In this document: piece after piece, positions 1-12,600 of the stretch | Position numbering within the stretch: position 1 is the stretch's first letter | Layout: every line of letters starts with the position of its first letter | NCBI RefSeq assembly: GCF_018350175.1 | Contig: NC_058368.1 | Location: 88,040,001-88,104,000, forward strand | From: Felis catus | Lineage: Eukaryota | Direction: 5' to 3' | Length of the DNA stretch: 64,000 nt | Translations under genes and position numbers: made by a program | The notes under the pieces: generated by a model | What the model saw: only the letters and a program-made list of their open reading frames with translations | Database searches by the model: none | Told to the model about the DNA's origin: nothing

Positions 1-540
1 TGTCTTGTGCAGTAGTGTTTATGACAGACAAGAAGTGGAGGCAGCCCAAGGGTCTATCCACAGAGGGATGGATACATCAGACAGTGCAATAGTATGCAGC
101 CACAAAAAAGGATGAGATCTCACCATCTGCAAGGACACGGATGGAGCCAGAGTGTAATATGTTAAGTGAAATAAGTCAGACAGAGACAGACAAATACCAT
201 ACGACTTCATGCCTACACAGAATTTGAGAAACAAACAAAAAACAGAAACAGAACCACAAATACAGAGAACACACAGACAGCTGCCAGAGGGGAGGGGAAA
301 ATGGGTGAAGGGAAGTGGGAGATCCAGGCTTCCTGTATGGCACGAGTAAGTCACAGGGATGAAAGGCACAGCACAGAGAACAGTCAGTGGCTCTGTGGTA
401 GTGTGGGTGGGGTGAGGAACACAGTGTAAGGGGCAGAGGAGCTGGATCAGTGTGGCACACAGCTGAGGCCAATGTAACACTAAGTGCCAACTACACTTTG
501 GTGAAAAATAAATATGCTAAACAAATGAATCAACAAATAC
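1..540 (+). mobile_element. LINE-1 3' end fragment (end of ORF2 plus 3' UTR), decayed
   Basis: Typical L1 3' motifs ('atgcagccacaaaaaaggatgagatc...atgttaagtgaaataagtcagacagagacagacaaatacc') ending in an A-rich tail near 503-540. Confidence 0.8.
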
Positions 541-549
541 ATGAGAGGT

Positions 550-1165
550 GAGGGAGAGAAGGGGCATTACTACAGGCCCCACGGACGTTAGAGGATAACA
601 AGAATATGGTGCACAACCCTGTGCCCCAAAGCTGATAACCCAGGTATAACAGGCCAATTGCCTGACATGCCACCTGCCAACAACCTCTGAAGGACAAATA
701 GCACAAATGGGCCTCTATCTACTGGGAGCTAACAACCTTCCACGACAGAAAGCACCAGGCCCAGTGGGGTTCATGGGTGAATTCCACCACACATCTCGGG
801 GAGAAACAACACCACCTCCGCAGCCTGTCAGGAGGCAGAGCACGAAGACACCTCCTACCTCATCTGTGAGGCCAGCATTGCCCTAAGGCCAAAAGCAACG
901 GAAACTATAAACCAGGGGCGCCTGGGTGGCTCGGTCGCTTAAGTGTCCGACTGCGGCTCAGGTCATGATCTCACAGTTCGTGGGTTCCGGCCCCATGTCA
1001 GGCTCTGTGCTGACAGCATGACATTCTCTCTCTCCGGCCCTCCCCCGCTCATGCACATGCGCACTGTTTCTCTCTCTCAAAGTAAATTTAAAAAATAAAA
1101 TGAAACTATAAACTACTATTGTCTCCACAACAGAGATGCCAAAAAACAAGGAAATAAAAAAGGAA
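550..1165 (+). mobile_element. Old LINE-1 ORF2 internal fragment, interrupted by a SINE
   Basis: L1 ORF2-like segments 'aaagcaccaggcccagtggggttcatgggtgaattccacc' and 'ctcatctgtgaggccagcattgccct'. No intact frame. Confidence 0.6.
915..1100 (+). mobile_element. Can-SINE (SINEC) with target-site duplication
   Basis: Head 'ggggcgcctgggtggctc', CT-rich tract and A-rich tail. 'gaaactataaac' is repeated at 901-912 and 1102-1113. Confidence 0.93.
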
Positions 1166-2159
1166 GCACTGATAATTGCACCAGGTCAAAACCTAAAGCT
1201 TCTGTTGTGTGCAAGGATGGCAGGTCTAGCTATCCAGGGAGAAAGTATCTGCAAACCACAGCCGACCCTCATTCCTCTGGCCTCTGTAGGTGCAAGTTGG
1301 CCCGCTGGTCCGGTGTGTCTGTGACCCCTTATCAGTCGTCCTTGCGTATAGGCTCAGAGCGGTGAGACCGAGCTGGGGCGGGTGCTTTGTCCCACACTGA
1401 AACCAGTGTCCTCTTCCCCGTCTAAGGTGGTTGGCTCAGGGCCATGCCGCCTGCATTTCTGGACCTTTGCTGGTGGTTTCCCTACTCACACTGCCCGGGA
1501 GCGCGGAGGATGCAGAGCCGTCTGGTGGTCCTCAGTGCAAGAAGGCCACCCTGGGCCTTATCCGCTGACTGCGGGTCAGGTAGTGTTGTGCCTGACATCA
1601 GGCGTCCGTGAACCAAGCGCACAGCATGCCAAGTTGCCTACTGATGGGCCATGGTCCCCCAGGAGCAAGGTGGCAGTATCTGCGGCACCTGCCGCAGGTC
1701 GTGAGTACCCTTGGCCTCGGACAAGGGAGGAGGGCCTCTACCCCAGTGCCGAGGAGGCGTTCCACCAGTGAATGCACCCAGGAGCCGCGGGGGAAGTTCA
1801 GACCAAAACCAGCACCACACACCTATGGGGGCAGCTAGAACACTCCTCGCCCCCGGATGCTGGGCAGGAGGCAGGAAACGGGGTCCCCCCCCCACCCCCC
1901 CGGAGCGCACTGCGGTGCAGCAGTGCTGGGAAAACGTGCAACTCCTGGGACAATAAGCTTGCCTCCACCACCACGTAAGGCAGCCTGGCCTCTCCCGGGC
2001 CCGCATCCCAGGGACACGGAAACCGTGCACACACAGCCCGGGGTGAACATGCACCACCCAAACGTCCCCGCCCCCGCGGGGCTGGAACAGAGCGTGACAG
2101 ACCACTACACCAAGCTGCGCGAGGATATAAGGACACAAAGCAACCTCACGAGACACAGC

Positions 2160-2173
2160 AGCGCCCCCTGGTG
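2160..2173 (-). promoter_or_regulatory. Candidate CTCF site
   Basis: agcgccccctggtg reads CACCAGGGGGCGCT on the minus strand, a close match to the CTCF core CCACCAGGGGGCGC, in a CpG-rich patch. Confidence 0.55.
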
Positions 2174-2254
2174 ATAAGACTAACAACTCACGGGTACGCG
2201 GACCACGCGTGCAAGAGGGGCTGCATGAGGCCAGCGGGTCCTGTGTGATACCGC

Positions 2255-2850
2255 GGGGGTTCTGCAAACAGTCCCCACCGCGAGGCTTGGGGGGGACCCT
2301 GCAAACGGTCTCCACGGCGGGGGGAAGGCTGAGGGTGTACCCTGCAAACAGTCCGCAACGGGAGTCTGGGTGCAAACAGTTCCCACGGGGGGGGGGGGGG
2401 GGGGGGGGCAGAAGGGCGGTGCTGGGGAGGGAGCCTGCAAACAGTTCCCACTGCGGGGCTGGGGGAGTACCCTGCAAACAGTCCCCGCGGGGTGGGGGGG
2501 AGGCTGGGGGACCTGCAAACAGTCCCCACTGCGGGGCTGGGGGAGTACCCTGTAAATAGTCCCCACAGGGCAGGGGGGTGCTGGGGGGGTACCCTGCAGA
2601 CAGTATCCAGGGGGTGAGGGGAGGCTGGGGGACCTGCAAACAGTCCCAGGGAGGAGGGGTACTGGGGGACCTGCAAACATCCCCACGGAAGGGGAGTGGC
2701 TGGGGGACCTGCAAACAGTCCCCATGGGGGGTACTGGGGGGGGATCCTGCAAACAGTCCCCACACCAGGGGCTGGGGGCAGGTCTGGGGTACTTGCAAAC
2801 AGTCTCCACGGGAGGGGGTGGCTGGGGGATGTGCAAACAGTCCCCGTGGG
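2255..2850. repeat. G-rich minisatellite, ~15 units of mostly ~37-45 bp, core 'cctgcaaacagtcccc'
   Basis: Core recurs at about 2262, 2299, 2342, 2371, 2435, 2473, 2513, 2550, 2594, 2634, 2671, 2709, 2747, 2793 and 2832, separated by G-rich spacers. Confidence 0.92.
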
Positions 2851-3424
2851 AGGGGTGCTGGGGAACAGGGAAGTGGGACCTGGTGGTGGTGATGACCTCG
2901 TAACAGTTCCCATTAAGCCAGAGGTCCACACAAGGTGTGGGGGGACCTGAGGCAGGTCCAGAGAGGACCTGTGAGTCCCATGGCCCCCACTGGTCTTCAT
3001 CCTGCCACACCTCCTGTGCTCAGAACTTCCAGGCCACCTGACACCCTACTGCCCTCCACCCAGGGGGCAGCCCTAGGCAGCGTCCCCCATTCCTCCAAAC
3101 CCCATGCTTTAGATAAGGTCTAAGCCCCTGACTCCTCACCAGGGAACCCTGTCCCCATGCCCCCACCCGCCACAAACCCTCCCGCAGCTCCTGCCCTGCA
3201 TGGCAACAGCCGCTCTCCCACACTGCCCCTAAACTCTGCCCTACTCTACCTCTGCCCCTTGAGGCCTCAGGATCCTGCCCTTTGCCCACACCCCTTCCCA
3301 AGAGCCCTGCCCCTAGCCACACTGGCCTCAGCTCTTTGAAGGGCATGTGAGGTACGGTATTGGTCAGGATCTTTCCCCCACAGTGGGCCCTCTGTCTGGA
3401 CACAGCCACCACAAATGCTTGACC

Positions 3425-3685
3425 CCATGCTGAATGTACCCAGCCACCCAGTGCCACCGACCCTGCACACAGTCCAAGCTCCCAAGGTGTCCCAATGCCC
3501 ATGAGCCCAGCCCCCCAATGTGCCCCAACCCTGTACACAGCCTATCTTCCCAATGTACCTCACTGCCCATGAGCCCAGGGCCCCAGTGCTCCCCGACTCT
3601 GCACACAGCCTATCCTCCCAATGCACCCAGTCTCCCAATGTGCTCTGACCCCACACACACCCATCCCCCTAATGCACCCCACCTC
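3425..3685. repeat. Degenerate C-rich tandem repeat ('cccaatgtgccc', 'cacagcctatc')
   Basis: Recurring ccaatg(t/c) motifs. 'cacagcctatc(t/c)tcccaatg' occurs at about 3536 and 3604. Confidence 0.65.
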
Positions 3686-5890
3686 CACACACAGCCTGCC
3701 CTGTTCCCAGCTTAATCACAGAAAAGCTAACACAACCCAGCATACTTTGTGCTTTAGTTCATGGCTGGTAGGCGCTTAGTAAGCCTCTGAGTGAACAGAT
3801 GAGAGAGTGAAAGGTAGCCCAGGACTCAGCAGTCTCCAGAACATTCTGTTAATCAACAGGGTCCCTGCTGGCTGGCTGCTGACCTTCCCTGACCATCTCC
3901 TCCCTTTGAGGGCTGACACAAAACAAAACCTTTGGAAATCACTCATTTTTCCCACAAACACGAACGTGACCACACTAAATCAACATCCTCTGGAAAGAAA
4001 GTGGAGCCAGGGACCCTGAACTGTCCGGGTGCCCAGACCATAGAGAGTGGACGGGGCTCCCCACCGTCCCTGAGACACAGGCAGGCATCCACCCACAATG
4101 ACTGAAATCTAAACACCAAGTCTCCACGTGGAAATTACGAAGGCTGACCACACCACATGGTGGCAAGGCCATGCTGCTGGCTGGAGCAGGAAACGGAACA
4201 GTCGCCAGGTCACCCAGAGAACACAGACAGCTCCTTACTGGGGACCTCCCGCTACCCTCAGCTCTGTGATCCCACCCCAGATGAGGCATGTGTCCACAAA
4301 GGGCTCGCTCCCACAGGAGGACTCAGAGATGCTCACCATGGTCCAGCCACCCGCCAGGCAGCACCCCACCTGAAGCCCCAGGCTCTGCACATCTGCAGCA
4401 GCTGGGGCACAGGGACTGGCCGGGACAGGTTGGTGAGTGCTGCCCGGGGATGGAATGTTCCAGACCTTCCTCCGGTCTTGGGTGCACAGCCATATGCACT
4501 CCGCACAATCCAGGAAATAGCAAGATTGGTGCATTTCATGGTAGCCAAATTTTACCTCCCAGGGAACGAAAGACGTTGATGATGAGGAAGGCATTAGGAG
4601 TGAGGGTGTGAGGTCTGCCAGTTTGTTGGAAATGCAGCAAAACACAACCAAGGCTGAGGGGGGGCCAGGTGATGGGGTCTGGCAAGTGGGGTGTCATCGG
4701 GCACGTGCACCGGTGCTCACAGCAAACTCTCACGTTCCGTGCGGGGTGCTCATGATGAAACGTTGGGGGAAGCATGTCTTAACCAGCTTCACAGTAGGGG
4801 CAGGGGACTCCCCCAGGAGGGCCAGGTCTCCAGAACCCAGCACCCTCTGCCATCTGCCCACTGGCCACACTCTCAGGGCATTGGGGCAGAGCATAAGACC
4901 ACTTGCTTCCTGGAACTCCGTACTTCTTACAAACAAACTGAGGCGGACCCAAGAACCAGCAAGGGGCTTCCCGAGTGCCTGCACTGTCCTCCTGGAGCTC
5001 GACATTGACGAACACGGAGACAAGCAGACGTAAGCATCAAACCTCGACGGGACCCCTTGGTCCCCTGGCATGTACACTGGGCAGCGCACCTTACAGCCTC
5101 TGAAAGCCGCAGACTCTTGGAAGCCCTGGTGATTCTGTGAAGAATGACAAGGTCTGTCCAGCAAAGGAACACTTGTTTTGGACAGCAGCTTTCGGCTATG
5201 ATCCCTGAGGTAGAACTCAGACTGAACAGAGTGTCTCAGGTCCCAATGACCTGGATGCCTGAGGACAGTAGGGGACACATGATCTGGAAGGCAGCATCTC
5301 ACTGGGCAGCTGCTGGAGCTTTCCGCCACAGTGGCCAGCCTCCCTCCCGGTTACTCTCTCGGCTCCCAGCATGGGACTCCAGGTACCCACTCGGCGGGTG
5401 GGTCCACGGACTATGAGGAGCTCAAGCATGTCCAGCACAGCACAGGTGCTGGGCACAGGCACACACCCACTGTGCAAGGCTGGCTCCCAGGCCCCAGGTC
5501 ACATGCAAAGGGGTGCTGCACAGTCTGCAGCTGGACAGGAGACAAAGTCCTGATGTGAGGTCTGAGTGTTGCCTGGAGTGTTGCCCCGCCAGTGGGGGCT
5601 GAGGGAGGGCAGTGCATACTTGCCAGTGAATCGCCCCGTGAGGGCCCAGATGCTGGCACTAACTCGGTTTCCTGTTAGCCTCTCCCCTCCGTGGATACGA
5701 AGGCAAGCCACGCCATCCACCGCAGACTTGGAGCTCCCTTGCTGTCCCAGAACAAGGCCTCTTCCTGGGACTCTGCTGGCGTACTTCACCTGGAGTGCTC
5801 TCGGTGTATCTGCTCTACCCAAAACGGAGTCCCAGCACCTTCCACCCAAAATGAAACCAGAGCTCCACACATGCTGCTTGTGCGTCACAC

Positions 5891-5896
5891 TTTAAT
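5891..5896 (-). terminator. Candidate IBA57 polyadenylation signal (ATTAAA)
   Basis: tttaat on the plus strand, ~740 nt after the IBA57 stop. Usage is not demonstrated and the UTR could be longer. Confidence 0.35.
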
Positions 5897-6628
5897 AGCC
5901 ACTCCGGGGCATCACGCGGGACACCCCTAACCATGAGATTCACATTGCATGGGACAGTGCAAGTCAGTGGTTTCAAGAAGAGAAGAAAGTCAACCTCTTA
6001 CTGTGAAAACATAGCCACGCCTCAGAAAAGCAGCAAGTAAACCAAGCAGAAGCTCCTCCTTGTCAGAGCCCTGCTGTCCCACCCCAGGGCAGCTCCTGGG
6101 GTGGAGGGGGAGGGGCGCAGCAGAAACCTTGGTGCACAAGTGGGGCCCCCATGTGAAATTCACAGGGTGTCCCACAGCCAGCACATGGCACACCAGTTCC
6201 CAGGGCCCACCTGCCCTTTCAGCCAACCCCAGATGGAGAGGAATGCAGGCAGCCTGGGGACAAGGCTCTGGACCGTCCTGTCCTCAGCCAATAGATGAAC
6301 CACCTCCAAACCCACACAGCTGGGACCCTGTCCTTCCCCATCGGAGGGAAACTGCAGCTCACCTTGGCACAGGGGCACGTGAAGGGCTGGCTCCTCCTCC
6401 TGGGTCCCCAGGAGGACTCCTGCAGCTCACAGCCACAGAGCAGCAAGGGATGACAGCCACAGCTGCCCGTGGGACCCTCTTTGGGAAGCACGGTGGGCGC
6501 GAAACACAAGCCAGCCACACTTGCAGCCCTGGGAGCTAGGAGGCCAGCCTGCAGAGTGCAGCAGATGGACAGAGCCCTCCAGGGCACCCTGGCAGCCCCA
6601 GGGCTGCAGGAGCAGAGGGACGTCCTGG

Positions 6629-9600
6629 CTACTTGGCGACTGTGGGCCACCAGTCCGGCACAGACACAGTCAGGGCCACCTGGCCGCTGTTGGAGGTCCT
6701 GATGTGGAGAGGGCCCTTAATCTTCTCTGCCCGCAGCAAGGCGAGGCCCACATCCCCCTGGCCAGCCCTGTACTTGCCAGCGGCCTGACCCGACTCGGTG
6801 AGCACTGGGGCGCCTAGAGCGATGCCATCCTCAGGGACAGGCCCCAACAGCTGCACTGGGAACAGGCGTTTGCGGATGACGCCCATGTGGTGGGTGCGGG
6901 CAGTCAGCTCCTGGCCTATGTAGCAGCCCTTAGTGAAGCTGACACCATTCATGAAAGCCAGGTTGGACTCCAGGGGCAGGGCCACTCCTGGGGGCAGGTC
7001 CCGGACCCCCTCAGGAACGCCTGTGGGGTGGGAGAGGAGAAGCTCTCTGAGGGCTAAGGCCTCCTCGGGGGCTGGGGGATGGTGGGCTCGTGGAGAAGGG
7101 CCAACACTGGACACAGCGCCTGAGCCCTCCCCCCGCCCCCACCAGCACAGCCCCACCCCGTCCCTACCTTGCTGGTACCGGTGCCTGTGATAATCCCGGG
7201 GGTCTCCGAGCCGGCCTCTGGGCACCGGCACCAGGCCCTCATCCCGGATGAGAAGCCGCCAGCCCATGCGGGCGGTCCGGGGGTCGGGGGTGAGGACGCT
7301 GGTTCTGTCAGTCCGCTCCCGCAACGGTGCAGCCCCACAGACCTCCTCGGGGCAGTCAGGCAGCAGAGCCCACACGCGCAGCTCGGGGCATGGCTCCACC
7401 ACGACCTTCCGCCGGATCCTGTACAGTGCCAGGTGTGTCTGCAGGGCGCCCAGCACCGCGCTGTCACACTCCAGGAGGAAAGCGGGCGCCTGTTCAGCGA
7501 GCTCATGCTCTGGGAGCCTGAAGGTAGGGGCAGGGGCTCCTGAGGGTTGGCCTGGGGCCACCGCTCTCCACCCACCGTGCTCCAGACCCCAGGTCTGCTG
7601 CGGGACCCTCCCCACCCGGGGTGCAAACCACAGGAAGCAGTCCACTTGGTGGAAGACAGGCTGTGGCTGGGCAGGTGGGACCCAGGTCTGGGGACCACAG
7701 TGCTGTTGGTCTGGTCCTCCACGTGAGGGGGAGAGCTGCAGGCAGCCTCACAGGACCAGGACCTGCCTCCTCTGGCCCACAGAAGCCAAGGGTCTGAGGT
7801 GGGTGCCCTCAGCACTCACGATGGGGGGCAGGCTGGGGGGTAGGTGGGACAGCAAGCAGCGGACAGAGCCGAGGGGATGTGCTGTGAGGCCACATACAGT
7901 CTGCCCAGAGCCACCTCCCACTTCCCAAGGAGAGCCCTGGAACCCTGTCAGGGCCCCACAACCACCCTAACTGCACTCTGGACCCCCACTGCCACAGCAG
8001 CAACCCTGGAACCTGGTGTGCTAACCACATGGGACACGCAGCACAGAGAAAAGACTGGTACAGGGACCTCAGGAGAGACGTTCAGGACCCACAAGAGTAT
8101 ATAACCAAGATCCTGGTCGTAGATGTGGACAGGACTAGGATCCCCAGCCCAGTGGAAACAGAAAGGGAACGGATAACACCTTCCATGAGCGTGCCTGAGA
8201 AACTACCAACTAGTGCCCCCGACCCCTCCCCCAGGGCCCATCATCTGGTGTCCCAGACCCCTCCTCAGGGCCCAACATCTGGTGTCCCAGACCCCTCCCC
8301 AGGGCCCACCAATTGGTGCCCCCAACCCCTCCCCCAGAGCCTATTATCTGATGTCCCAGACCCCTCCTCCCCCAGAGCCCACCAGCTGGTGCCCCCAACC
8401 GCTCCCCCAGAGCCTACCAGCTGATGCCCCCAACCTCTCCCCCAGAGGCCACCTGGTTCTGATTGGACTAGCTCATCAGCTGGTATACTTTTGGGGGAGG
8501 GTTCATGGAACCAGCTGATGTCGCTGACCTCTACCCTTGATCCCATCATCTGGTGCCCCCCGACCACTCCCCCAGAACCCACCAGCTGGTGCCAACCCCT
8601 CCCCCAGAGCCCACCAGCTGGTGCGTTTGACCTCTACCCTTGACCCCATTAGCTGATGCCCCAACCCCTCCCCCAGAGTCAACAACTGGTGCTCCCCCAC
8701 CTCTCCCCTCAGAGCCCACCAGTTGGTGCCCCTGACCCCTTCCCCAGAGCCCACCTACTGTGACCCCAATCCCACCCCATCACTTGGTGTCCCTTACATG
8801 TACCCTTGACCCCATTAGCTGGTGCCCCAGAACCTTCCTCTCAAATCCATCAGCTGGTGCCCCTGACCACGCCCCCACAGCCCACAAGCTGATGTCACCC
8901 ACTCCTCAGAGCCCACCAGCTGGTGCCCAGACCCCTCCCCCAGAGCCTAGCAGCTGGTGCCCCTGACCCCTCCCCTAGCAGCCATCAGCTGGTACCCCTG
9001 ACCAGTCCCATAGAATCACCACCTAGTATCCCTAATCTCTACCGTTGACCCCATTGCCTTGTGACCCCGGAAACTTCCACTCACACCCACCAGCTGGGGT
9101 CCTGGACTGCTCCCCCAGAGCCCACTAGCTGCTTCCTGACCCCTTGCCCAGAGCCCACTAGCTGATGTCATTGATCCCTTACCCTGAGTCCACCAGCTGG
9201 TGCCCCTGAACCCTTCCCCACAGCCACCAGTTGGTGCCCCAGACCCCTCCCCCAGATTCAACAACTGGTGCCCCCCTACCTCTCCTCTCAGAGGGCACCA
9301 GCCAGTACCCCCAACCCCTCGCCCAGAGCCCACAAGCTGGTGCCACTGACCCCTCCCCCAAAGCCCATCAGCAGGCGACCCTGACCTCTACCCTTTACCT
9401 CATTAGCTGGTGCCCCTGACCCCTCCCCCAGAGCCCACCAGCTGGTGCCACCCACCCCTCCCTGCAGAGCCCACCAGCTGGTGCTCCCCACCCCTCCCAC
9501 AGAGCTCACCAGCTGATGTCCATGGCCCCTCCCTCAGAGCCCATCAGCTGGTGCCCCCAGACAGTACAGGATTAAGTGCTGCCCTGGAGAAACCAGTTAC

Positions 9601-12600
9601 CCCCACAGGAAAGAAAAGCAAGGACTTGCTTGGGGTCCCACCTCTGGGGGCTCACCCTACAGTGCACACTCTATCGTGTCCACATTCCCCACCCCCACTC
9701 CCACTACAAACAGCAGCCATGGGTCACACTGATACAAGTGAGCAGAACCACAGGGTATCAAGGTGTGTGAGTCCAATCCCAAGCAGTTCCACTTGTCAGA
9801 CTTCGAGATGACCTACTGGTCAGACAAATGGTAAAAAGCCAGGAGAGGAGCTGGGGTGAGAAGGGCAGGTGTGCTGCACAGGGGACAGGGGACCCAGTGG
9901 TGGTGATGGAACAGCTGTCCTCATCGAGGTCACAGGGGCCACACGTATGACCAAGGCACAGACACCGGCAAGTGTGTTCACACGTGCTGGCGCATCAAGT
10001 CTGCGGGGATCCTGCATGAGCTCTGTTAGTGGCCCGTGTCCCACCCCTGATCGTGACCCCAGACTCCAGGAGGCAAGACACCGCCCTGTGGGACTGGGGC
10101 AAGAGTGCACAGGCCTCCCTGCTCCTTCCCGTGCTCCCTGTGAATCCACCATTATTTCAAAAGAGTCATAAAGGAAAAGAAGCTGTCTCAGAGGACGGGG
10201 CTCCGGATGTCTATGCAGGTTGGGAGGAAGCAGCAAAGGGGTATCTCCCAGCGTAAACCGCCCCGCACCGTTAGGGTTCTCTGCCACATGCACCTGTGTT
10301 TTCATTTTAAGTCTCAGGTAAAAACCACCCTCAGAGACAACATGAAAGATGGCAGGGGAGGAATCAGGCAGGGCTGGGCACAATGTGAGGTCGTGGGGGA
10401 GCACCAGCCTCTGAGGGTCCTGGCCAGGGAGCCAGGTTCCCAGGGGTGCTGAGGCAGGTCAAGTCAGGCAGGTCCCCATTCTGGGCTCAGGCACTTCCCT
10501 GGCCACCTGTGCCCATGACTGTGCGCCAGGCAGACCCTGGGGACCCCCTGTGCCCCCCTGTGCCCCCCTGTGCCCCCAAATCAGACTGTCTGTTGCACTT
10601 GCTACAGCTGAGGAACAGGGGGTGGTGGGGAGGAGGTGCACCTGTGCCCAGGGTTGCTTGCCAGGCCTGACCCATTCGATGTCAGGAGCACCAACACCCC
10701 CAGCCCTGAGTCACAAGCACAAATGTCCCCAGATGCCTGGTGGCACTGCCTCTGGGCCAGTGTTGCCAGGTAAATATATCAGATAAACAGTGAACGATGT
10801 CTTTAGCAAAAAGCACCTTCCAAACACTGCAGAGAACGTCCTTACTCTAAAAGTCACCCGCTGTCTGTCGTGCCCTGCACTCTTGTTGCTAAACATGGCT
10901 GCCCCTCCTAGGGTCACAAGTGCAGCTGCAGGAAGAGGGAGGCTGGGGGACAGCTGCGGCCTCACCAGCTGGCCTGGCTGTCAGGGCACAGGCTGTATGA
11001 ACACCAGAAAGGGAGGCCTGGGCCCGCCTAACCCCATGCCCAGAGCACAAGGAAACCCCTCCCCCAAGAGTCTGATGTCCTCTCTGCACAGCACCCACCA
11101 CCCTGTCATCTGCGACCCCCATAAACACAGGGGGTCTACCCTATGATCACACAAATACGGTCCCTCGAGGACATGGCAGGTGTCAGGGTGTGAGGTGTGG
11201 GCAGGTATGGGACACAAGGAGGCCAGCAGGAACAGGATTGTACCTGGAGAATTGAGTCAGGCTGACTGGTGTGCTCCAAGGCACTTGGGGGAGTGGCCTA
11301 CCAGGTGCCCATGGAGGACTGAGGACATAGTGCCCTCCAAAGTCCCCAAGAGGTGCCCCAAGGAGTGAGACCACGGCAGGGGGACTGAGCGGAGGTCGCA
11401 TGGGAGCCACATGGGAGGTTCCTGGAAGTAGGTGTCCCTGGCCCCACATTCCACTGAGCACACACAGGCCAGACTGCACCACCCAGGAACTGCTGAGATC
11501 CACACGAAGGGAAAGAGGTGGGAAGGCGAGGTGCATGTCCTGCTGGAAACAAGGGAGCAGGGGACCAACCCGATCCGCAGAGCAGCAGACACAGACTGGG
11601 GAGCTTCCCACAAGAGCCAGCGATACCGTCCGTAGTGGAACCCAGAGCACCTTGTATGCAGCCAGTGCCTGAGGAAGGCTCCCCAGACAGCACACGTGTG
11701 GCTGGGACAGGAACACACACAGCCTCGCCAGAGGGAACGAGGACAGCAGGGGGAGGAGACCTGAAACATCACATGTGACCAGGGGCCATCACTCAGAACA
11801 CACAAGAACACTGAAAAGTTCAAGGGTCAAGAAACAGACAACCCGATTAGAAATGGGCCAGAGACCTTAACAGGCACCTCCCCACAAAGAGTATGCACGT
11901 TGCAAACAAGCCATTGCTTGCTGGTGGGGACCCGAAACCGCACAGCCATCATGGAAGGGTTTGGTGGTTTCTCAAAAAACCATACATTGTTGCACGGTGC
12001 GACCCAGCAGTCGAGCTTCTGGGCCTTTACACAAAATCCTGGACGCAGATGTTTACGGCAGCTTACCCACAACCACCCAAACTTGGAAGAACCAAGACGT
12101 CCTCCACGAGGTGACGGGTGAAGACACTGTGGTCCATCCACGCCAAGCGACATCACTCAGCGCTAAAGAGAAATGGCTTAACCACATGTCACTAAGTGGA
12201 AGCAGCCAATCCAAGACGGCTGCGCACTGTGGGACTCCAAGTGCCCAGCTCTCTGGAAAAGGAAAACCACGAAGATAGGAAAAGGATCCCCCCCCCAATG
12301 GCTTCAGGGATTAGGGAAGGGAGGGATCACTCTGGGCACAGGGGGGCTGGGCTGTCAGGGTGGTGACAGCCATCACGTGATGGGTCCATGTCATCCCATA
12401 CTTGTCCTCCCCACGAAAGGATGGGCCCTGGGTGCTGCAGCATCAATGCGGGTCCCCCAGGTGGGGACGCTGCCGTGAGGTAGTCTGTGCCTTCCCCGCG
12501 GTCATGCTGTGAACTTAAATGGGCTGCAAAAACTAAAGTCCACTTTCAAAGCAAAAATCCCAAGCTACCCCTAGAACAAGGTGTTACGCCTGGGAAACCA

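Noticed and set aside
915-990. tRNA-like A/B box sequences here and at other SINE heads
   Set aside because: They are tRNA-derived Can-SINE heads followed by CT tracts and poly-A tails, not tRNA genes.
1638-3010. Long ORFs of 386, 276 and 270 aa
   Set aside because: They are translations of the G-rich minisatellite in several frames, with no domain signature.
8205-9560. CRISPR-like look: palindromic cores at regular spacing (regularly spaced cores also at 2255-2850)
   Set aside because: The spacers are degenerate copies of each other rather than unique sequences. There are no cas genes and the context is mammalian. These are minisatellites.
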